A DNA stretch of 64,000 nucleotides from Bacteroidota bacterium (GTDB taxonomy: Bacteria; Bacteroidota; Bacteroidia; AKYH767-A; 2013-40CM-41-45), in the NCBI GenBank assembly GCA_003389385.1, contig QQVM01000021.1:73920-137919 (forward strand), read 5' to 3'. How positions within the stretch are numbered: the stretch's first letter is position 1; each line of letters opens with the position of its first letter. Of the stretch, positions 57,520 to 64,000 are shown one piece after another. A program made the position numbers and the translations under genes. The notes beneath the pieces are model-generated. The model had not been told where the DNA came from. It searched no databases and saw only the letters and a program-made list of their open reading frames with translations.

Positions 57520-58416
57520 TCAGAACTTATATCCGAATCCAACTCCTATCACTTCCTTGAACTGTGTTCTCTCTATCACATTTGCATCATAAACCACTTG
57601 TACATTTACAGAGGCTGTGATGAATTTGTTCACTTTAAGATTAAGTGCTGTTTCCCAGTTCACGTCCACATTTCTTGCATTATCCTTGTCTTTGTCTGTA
57701 TAGTTATTGAACAATTCCAGTTTGGAGCTGAGAGTGACATTCTGCATGATGTCTTTTTTAAATTTCATATTCAAGTATGCACCGAACTCAGAGCGGGTGT
57801 TTTTTCCACTTCCCGCAACAGGCATATTATTTTCAATTCTTGCAGGATCAACACCGTATGCTCCGGCATCGGCAAGAGACTGCATAGTTACAAAGGTCCA
57901 CTTCCCGGTAGCCGGAGAGAAGAACACTTCGAAATAATCAACCGGCTTATACGTTAACCCTAGTGCAATGGTCAGGTAGGCAGGTGCGAGGAATTTAGAA
58001 ACTACATTAGAATCATCCGGATACTTGAATCCTTCTGCAAACTGACTCTTAAAATTGACAAGGCCTGCGTAGTACCATTTTGTTTCACCAACCCTGTAAC
58101 CATACTTTGAGGTGAAATCGATTTTGTCATCACTTTTACGGACATCTTCGCTTCCTGTTTTAACGAGAGCATAGGCTAGGTCCAGGCTGTTGTCCCAGAT
58201 TGTTTTATCCTTGGCATAATTCGCAAAGAGATTCACATTACCGGCAACCGATACATTATTGTCGCCACCCGGAGCCCAGTGAGAGAAGTTTACCTGAGTG
58301 AGATTCACTCCGATAAATCCGCCTTTTTTCCAGGAAGTATCAGCTTCAGCAGATTGAGCAGATAAATTGATTGTACTTAGAATAATTAATGCAATAAACA
58401 GGATTGGTTTTTTCAT
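57520..58416 (-). CDS. DUF3078-family outer-membrane beta-barrel protein
   Basis: Signal peptide, SWKKGGFIGVNLTQVNFSHWAPGGDN, alternating amphipathic beta strands, and a C-terminal GVGFGYKF. Confidence 0.55.
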   Translation of the reverse strand: MKKPILFIALIILSTINLSAQSAEADTSWKKGGFIGVNLTQVNFSHWAPGGDNNVSVAGNVNLFANYAKDKTIWDNSLDLAYALVKTGSEDVRKSDDKIDFTSKYGYRVGETKWYYAGLVNFKSQFAEGFKYPDDSNVVSKFLAPAYLTIALGLTYKPVDYFEVFFSPATGKWTFVTMQSLADAGAYGVDPARIENNMPVAGSGKNTRSEFGAYLNMKFKKDIMQNVTLSSKLELFNNYTDKDKDNARNVDVNWETALNLKVNKFITASVNVQVVYDANVIERTQFKEVIGVGFGYKF

Positions 58417-58537
58417 AGTATTTACTTTCTGTGGTTAATAATTATTAAGTGAAAGTTATTGCCCATAATGTTTCAGAACAGGCAATAAGCAAACAGGAGC
58501 CTGTGAATCAGGTTCCTGTTTGCGTTGTAAACGTGAT

Positions 58538-58951
58538 TTATTTTTTCAGAAGATCTCTGATTTCAGTAAGAAGTTTTTCTTCTTTGCTGGGAGCCGGAGG
58601 TGTTGCAGGCTCGGCAGCTTTTTCCTTTTTCATTTTGTTAATGGCTTTTACCACCATAAAAATCGCGAAGGCGATGATCAGGAATTCAATGAGCATTTGT
58701 AGGAAATTACCATAATTAACTGAAACAGCAGGAATTTCCTGTCCTGCAGCATCTGCCATTGCTTCTTGCAGAGTCAGCTTCAGGTCTGTGAAATTGACAC
58801 CGCCAATCAGCATCCCAATCGGAGGCATGATGATGTCATTCACAATAGAGTTGATAATTTTTCCAAATGCAGCACCAATTACGATACCCACAGCCATGTC
58901 CACCGCGTTGCCTTTGTTAATAAAGTCTTTGAATTCGGAAATTAAGCTCAT
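58538..58951 (-). CDS. mscL: large-conductance mechanosensitive channel
   Basis: [33 protein letters not shown] and a C-terminal helical bundle. Length 137 aa. Confidence 0.9.
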   Translation of the reverse strand: MSLISEFKDFINKGNAVDMAVGIVIGAAFGKIINSIVNDIIMPPIGMLIGGVNFTDLKLTLQEAMADAAGQEIPAVSVNYGNFLQMLIEFLIIAFAIFMVVKAINKMKKEKAAEPATPPAPSKEEKLLTEIRDLLKK

Positions 58952-59225
58952 AAGTGTTTTGTTTTTGTGTGGTTTATTTAGTTAATCTAGGATTTATTAC
59001 TGAAAAATTGAAATCTGTTTTGGAACAGACAAGTCGGCATATTGTTAATTTGTTTTTGAAAAATTGAAGTCATGCTATATAAATCACAGGAAATCAGTAT
59101 GGTAAAATGTCACCTTTACAAGTGTTTTCTGCCTAAAGTTTGTTTTTGTGTGATTTTTAATGAGATAAATCAACGATAGTCTTGTTTTTTTACAAATTAG
59201 AAAATGAAATTCCGATTTTTGCGCC

Positions 59226-61142
59226 ATGTTAAGTTTGAACAACATCAGTTTTGAATTCGGAGGAAGGTATTTGTACAGGGATGCCGGCTGGCAGATCAAT
59301 CCGGGAGAAAAAATCGGCCTAGTTGGGCTCAATGGGACAGGCAAATCAACTTTACTTCGCATTATTAACGGTGAATACTCGTTAGAGAGCGGTGAAATCG
59401 CCAAACTAAGGAATCTGAGTATCGGTTTTTTGAATCAGGATCTTCTGAGTTATGAATCCAGTGAAAGCATTCTTGCGGTGGCAATGTCTGCATTTGAGCA
59501 TGCGATCAGTCTGGATAAAAAGATCCATGAAATACTTGAGAAACTTGAGCACGACCATGATGAAAAGCTTCTTCATGATTTGCACGACCTGCAGGTAGAA
59601 TTTGAAGCATTGGACGGATATAACATGAAGCCTAAAGCTGAAGCTTTGCTTGAAGGACTTGGATTCAGCACTGAGGACCTGAACAGGCCAATGACTGAGT
59701 TCTCAGGAGGCTGGAGAATGCGAGTCATGTTAGCAAGGATGATGCTTCAGAATCCGGATATATTGATGTTGGATGAACCAACGAACCATTTGGATTTACC
59801 GTCGATCCAATGGGTTGAACAATATTTGAAAGACTACCCAGGTACTGTAATTGTGGTGTCACACGATCGTTATTTTCTTGACAAGGTTGTAAATAAGATT
59901 GCAGAAATTGCTGCTCAAAAAATCAGAGTATATAACGGAAACTATTCAAAGTATCTGGAAAGTAAGTCGGAACGTGACGAACTACAAAGAAGTCAGTTTA
60001 AAAACCAACAGCAATACATCAAGGAGCAAGAGAAACTTATAGACAGATTTAGAGCCAAGGCATCTAAAGCTAAAATGGCTCAATCAAGAATTAAGATGCT
60101 TGATCGTCTTGAAAAGATTGAGGATGTGGATTCTGACGGGCCAGAGATTAAAATAAAATTTGAAATTGGAAGGCAGCCGGGTAAACTGATTTCACATTTG
60201 CATGTCGAAGATAAATCTTACGGAAACCAAAACATTCTGCATGATACTGAGTGTAAAATTATGCGCGGAGACAAAATTGCGTTGATCGGAGCAAACGGAA
60301 GAGGAAAGTCGACATTGCTCAGAATGATTAACGGAAGCGAACCGTATAAAGGCCGAAGCGAAATCGTTCATCAGGTCGAGCCTTCCTTCTTCGCACAGCA
60401 TCAGCTTGAAAGTTTGAATCTTGATAATGACCTCATCACAGAATTGTCGGTGTTCGCACCTGATAAAAAAGAAGTGGAGCTAAGGTCCGTGCTTGGAGCT
60501 TTTTTGTTTACAGGAGATGATGTATTCAAAAAAATCAAGGTGCTGTCAGGTGGTGAAAAATCAAGAGTGGCTCTTGCTAAAACAATTCTGAGCAAGGCTA
60601 ATTTTTTAATTCTGGATGAGCCCACGAATCATCTTGACATGCAGTCGGTGGGGATTTTAATTCAGGTCCTGAGAGAATATGAAGGAAGTTTCATTGTCGT
60701 TTCTCACGACAGATATTTTCTTCAGGAAGTTGCCAATAAAATTTGGTGGATTGAAGATCATAAGGTGAAGGAGTATCCTGGTCCATATGAAGAGTATGAA
60801 TACAGCAGAATGCTGGCAACTCAAAAGGCGAATGAAAATATTAAAACTCAGGCACGCGACAAGAAGAAAGATGAAAAGAAAAACCATGAAAGGGAAAAAA
60901 TCAATGATGATTTAAAAAATAAAAAAAAGCTTTCAACTCGTTTTCAGCAATTGGAACAGGAAATTGAAAAGCTTAGCAAAGAAAAGCTTGCAGTAGAAAC
61001 AGCTCTTTCCAATCCGGATGTTTATTCCAACCCCGAAATTTTTCAAGAAACACTTAGAAAATTCAATGAAACGGAGCAAAGCCTGAATCATGCTCGTACT
61101 GAGTGGGAGAAGATATTTGAGCAATTGGCTGATATGGAATAA
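59226..61142 (+). CDS. ABC-F family ATPase (two ABC domains plus C-terminal coiled coil)
   Basis: Two Walker A motifs (GLNGTGKST, GANGRGKST), two signature motifs (FSGGWRMR, LSGGEKSR), two Walker B motifs (LMLDEPTNHLD, LILDEPTNHLD), a charged inter-domain linker, and a KE-rich C-terminal tail. No TMD. Confidence 0.9.
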   Translation: MLSLNNISFEFGGRYLYRDAGWQINPGEKIGLVGLNGTGKSTLLRIINGEYSLESGEIAKLRNLSIGFLNQDLLSYESSESILAVAMSAFEHAISLDKKIHEILEKLEHDHDEKLLHDLHDLQVEFEALDGYNMKPKAEALLEGLGFSTEDLNRPMTEFSGGWRMRVMLARMMLQNPDILMLDEPTNHLDLPSIQWVEQYLKDYPGTVIVVSHDRYFLDKVVNKIAEIAAQKIRVYNGNYSKYLESKSERDELQRSQFKNQQQYIKEQEKLIDRFRAKASKAKMAQSRIKMLDRLEKIEDVDSDGPEIKIKFEIGRQPGKLISHLHVEDKSYGNQNILHDTECKIMRGDKIALIGANGRGKSTLLRMINGSEPYKGRSEIVHQVEPSFFAQHQLESLNLDNDLITELSVFAPDKKEVELRSVLGAFLFTGDDVFKKIKVLSGGEKSRVALAKTILSKANFLILDEPTNHLDMQSVGILIQVLREYEGSFIVVSHDRYFLQEVANKIWWIEDHKVKEYPGPYEEYEYSRMLATQKANENIKTQARDKKKDEKKNHEREKINDDLKNKKKLSTRFQQLEQEIEKLSKEKLAVETALSNPDVYSNPEIFQETLRKFNETEQSLNHARTEWEKIFEQLADME

Positions 61143-61502
61143 TTATTTACCTTGCTTTGAAATGGTTTTTACAGACCACAATTTCAAATCATTTTTTTCA
61201 AGGGGGGAGAACAGCAAGAAATTGTTGAGCATGACCCGCTTTGCTGCTTTTCTGGAGTTGGTCATCTTTTTTTCACTGCTCGCATTCATTTTTGTACGGT
61301 TCGCCATGGTTTGATTAACACCCTTAGCTATTTATGACCCCAAAATTCAATATTATCAATGCTTTCATTTGTTAGTTGTTTTTTCTTTTTCAGTGATTTG
61401 ATATTTCGCATTCGCCATATCATTCAATCCATTCATCAAAAATTTTTTTGAATTTTTGTTCATATTCATAAATTTGAACAAGGCATCACAATTAAACCGA
61501 TT

Positions 61503-61889
61503 ATGATCACTCAAGTTACATCAGGAATTAAAGTCAGCGTGGAAGTGTTTTACAGACCCGACCAGAGTAATCCCGGAATGAACCAGCATGTTTTCGCTTA
61601 CCGTATTACTTTGACCAATAACAGTGATTACTCGGTACAGTTGAAGCGGCGTCATTGGTTTATTATGGATGCATCGGCTACTAACCGTGAAGTGGAAGGT
61701 GAGGGAGTGATTGGAGAACAGCCGATCATTGGCACCGGAGAAAGCTACCAGTACGTTTCTGGATGCAATCTGGATTCTGAATTAGGTAAAATGTTCGGAA
61801 CATACCTGATGGAAAGACTGATTGATAAGAAACAGTTTTATGTCAGGATACCTGAATTCCAAATGATTGTACCATACAAACTGAATTAA
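61503..61889 (+). CDS. apaG: ApaG (DUF525) protein
   Basis: VFYRPDQSNPGMNQHVFAYRITLTNNSDYSVQLKRRHWFIMDASATNREVEGEGVIGEQP is canonical ApaG. Confidence 0.85.
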   Translation: MITQVTSGIKVSVEVFYRPDQSNPGMNQHVFAYRITLTNNSDYSVQLKRRHWFIMDASATNREVEGEGVIGEQPIIGTGESYQYVSGCNLDSELGKMFGTYLMERLIDKKQFYVRIPEFQMIVPYKLN

Positions 61890-61919
61890 CAAGATATTCT
61901 TCCATGAAAACACAACCCA

Positions 61920-61948
61920 ATCCCGTCCCCAGGCGGGATTTTTTTTTT
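61920..61948 (+). terminator. rho-independent terminator after apaG
   Basis: ATCCCGTCC-CCA-GGCGGGAT followed by T10. Confidence 0.8.
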
Positions 61949-62111
61949 GATAAAACCGGAAAAATCTCATGGCGGTGATGATGTTAATTAATACGTTCGA
62001 ACAACTGACATATTCATTGTTTCTTTCCTCCTGATTTACTTGTTTTGGGAAAATTTGAAGGAGGATTAATCCATCTTCACATTTTTTAGTCATAGAAATT
62101 CACTTAGCATT

Positions 62112-63809
62112 ATGGACAGAAGAGAATTCATTACACAAGCTATACCGGAGCGCAGGCAAAAGCAGGATTTTTCAGGGATGGCAAGAACCATAACAGGATT
62201 ATCGCCTTATACTGGCCCCTGGACAATTAATGAAGTAAGGCATCTGCTGAAGAGAACCATGTTCGGAGCCAGCATTCCTGATATGCAATATTTTCTTTCA
62301 CTGAACACTTCATCATCAGTAGCTGAACTTCTGGAACAGATAAATCATCCTCCTTACAATCCTCCTCAGCCCCCCCTCAACAATTATGATGCAACAAGTC
62401 CTGATGCAAATTGTCCGTTTGGACAAGCCTGGCCAGGCACACCTGATACACTTGCACCTGTTTCAACTGTAGGCGCCAGACGAAGAAGTCTGAAGAGCTG
62501 GTGGATAGGACTCCAGTTAAATCAATCCCGCAGTTTAAGGGAGAAAATGGTTCTCTTTTGGCACAACCACTTTGTAGTAGAATTGGATACGATTTCGGTA
62601 GGGACTTACAACTACAAATACAACGAATTGCTTCGACTGCACGCCCTAGGAAATTTCAAAACATTAGTAAGGGAGATCACAACTAACAGCACCATGCTGA
62701 AATACCTGAACGGTGAACAAAATACTGCGGCCGCTCCCAATGAAAATTATGCAAGAGAACTGCAGGAGCTGTTCACAGTAGGCAAGAATGCCAATGGCAC
62801 ACCGCCATATACAGAGGATGATGTAATTGCAGCAGCCAGGGTACTTACAGGATGGAGGAACGATCTAAGCGGAGGAGTGAATTCAGCCAACGGGTTCAAT
62901 TCTTACTTTGATCCATCCAGGCACGACAGCGGTAATAAACAGTTTTCCACTTATTACAATAACACTGTGATAACAGGCAGGAGCGGAGCTGCTGGAGCAA
63001 CTGAAACGGATGATTTGCTTGATATGATTTTTCAGAAAGACGATGTTGCTCTGAATCTCTGCCGCAAATTGTACAAGTTTTTTATTTACTATGAAATTGA
63101 TGCTGCCGCTGAGAATGATGTGATACAACCTTTGGCAAACATTTTCAGGAACAGTAATTATGAAATAGCCCCGGTTTTATCAGCACTGTTCAACAGTGAG
63201 CACTTTTTTGATTTTCTGAATATGGGTTGCCTCATCAAAGGGCCTCTTGACACATGCATCGGACTACTTCGTGAATTCAATGTGCAGTTTCCTTCTGCTT
63301 CGGATCTGGCTGCGCAATATGCTCAATGGGACAGGATGCGCTCCCAAGGTAGTACTCTTCAACAAAATCTTGGAAATCCACCCAATGTGGCAGGATGGCC
63401 GGCATACTATCAGGAGCCGTTGTTTCATGAGTTGTGGATCAACTCCGACACACTGCCCAAGCGAAACCAGTTCACTGACAGAATTCTGACCAGCGGTTAT
63501 ACCAATCTTGGGACAACCATCAAAGTTGACGTACTTTCTTATACGGCATCGCTCACCAATCCCGGTGATCCGTTGCAGTTGATTGAAGAGGTTTTGGCTT
63601 TGCATTACTCAATTGACGTGTCTGTGAATGTGAGGAATCATCTTCTTTCAATTTTACTTTCAGGGCAAGCGTTGAACTCATACTGGACGACAGCATGGGA
63701 TGACTATACAGGTGATCCGACCAATACAAGTTATGCTACGATCGTAAGAACGAGACTCGAAACTTTTTACAAGTACATTCTATCACTTTCTGAGTATCAA
63801 TTAAGCTAA
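62112..63809 (+). CDS. DUF1800-family protein
   Basis: FWHNHFVVE hallmark. 565 aa. It is followed 4 nt later by its usual DUF1501 partner. Confidence 0.75.
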   Translation: MDRREFITQAIPERRQKQDFSGMARTITGLSPYTGPWTINEVRHLLKRTMFGASIPDMQYFLSLNTSSSVAELLEQINHPPYNPPQPPLNNYDATSPDANCPFGQAWPGTPDTLAPVSTVGARRRSLKSWWIGLQLNQSRSLREKMVLFWHNHFVVELDTISVGTYNYKYNELLRLHALGNFKTLVREITTNSTMLKYLNGEQNTAAAPNENYARELQELFTVGKNANGTPPYTEDDVIAAARVLTGWRNDLSGGVNSANGFNSYFDPSRHDSGNKQFSTYYNNTVITGRSGAAGATETDDLLDMIFQKDDVALNLCRKLYKFFIYYEIDAAAENDVIQPLANIFRNSNYEIAPVLSALFNSEHFFDFLNMGCLIKGPLDTCIGLLREFNVQFPSASDLAAQYAQWDRMRSQGSTLQQNLGNPPNVAGWPAYYQEPLFHELWINSDTLPKRNQFTDRILTSGYTNLGTTIKVDVLSYTASLTNPGDPLQLIEEVLALHYSIDVSVNVRNHLLSILLSGQALNSYWTTAWDDYTGDPTNTSYATIVRTRLETFYKYILSLSEYQLS

Positions 63810-63813
63810 CATT

Positions 63814-64000
63814 ATGAAGAGAAGAGATTTTATTAGGGCTTCTGTTCCGGCAACTTTGCTTCCCGGACTGATTAACGGGTTTTCGTTCAGGGCATTTGCC
63901 GGCAGTCCATTGATACAGTCGCTTGCAGCGGCTAATGTGACAGACCATGTGTTAGTGCTTATACAGCTGAACGGAGGCAATGATGGTTTGAACACGGTGA
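63814..64000 (+). CDS. DUF1501-family protein with Tat signal (partial, runs off the window end)
   Basis: MKRRDFIRASVPATLLPGL twin-arginine signal, then the start of the sulfatase-like DUF1501 fold (LIQLNGGNDGLNT). Confidence 0.7.
   Translation, partial: MKRRDFIRASVPATLLPGLINGFSFRAFAGSPLIQSLAAANVTDHVLVLIQLNGGNDGLNTV

Noticed and set aside
58482-58510. Hairpin AACAGGAGCC-N9-GGTTCCTGTT downstream of mscL
   Set aside because: It is a good inverted repeat with one mismatch, but it is not followed by a U-run on the mscL (minus) strand. It was noted only as a weak candidate terminator or regulatory hairpin and left out of the feature list.
59084-59404. 106-aa minus-strand ORF spanning the ABC-F start region
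   Set aside because: It overlaps the confidently called ABC-F gene start and the mscL/ABC-F divergent promoter region. The composition looks like antisense of coding sequence.

Overview
This is a gene-dense (about 90% coding) chromosomal segment from an AT-rich Bacteroidota-like genome (Bacteroidetes). The lineage call rests on three T9SS C-terminal sorting domains, TAnnTTTG-type promoter context, a short primary sigma factor, and DUF4249/DUF3078/DUF4382/DUF1599-type proteins. Most of the window is housekeeping: dapD, ruvX, def, cdaA, folP, panB, dnaK, gdhA, hpf, maf, mnmA, rpoD, htrA, dapF, crcB, mscL, apaG, an ABC-F ATPase and tRNA-His. No transposase, integrase, CRISPR array or phage genes were seen. 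The notable content is redox-related and I rank it as follows. (1) A variant System I cytochrome c maturation cluster, ccmB-ccmC-ccmD(alt)-ccmE-ccmF, whose CcmE has a CxxxY heme-binding motif. It lacks ccmA/G/H locally and runs straight into a DUF2520-HAD-UbiA(DGGGPS-like)-maf-eamA array. (2) A lipoprotein-like heptaheme c-type cytochrome fused to TPR repeats, sitting directly upstream of an OmpR/histidine-kinase pair and a DUF4382 lipoprotein. (3) A c-type heme domain fused to a copper PHM/DBH-like monooxygenase core, with a TlpA-like redoxin partner. (4) A divergent, translationally coupled ECF-like sigma/anti-sigma pair opposite htrA. (5) A signal-anchored WD40 propeller with an unassigned C-terminal domain next to a T9SS propeller cargo. 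All family assignments come from reading motifs in the supplied translations and need HMM or database confirmation.
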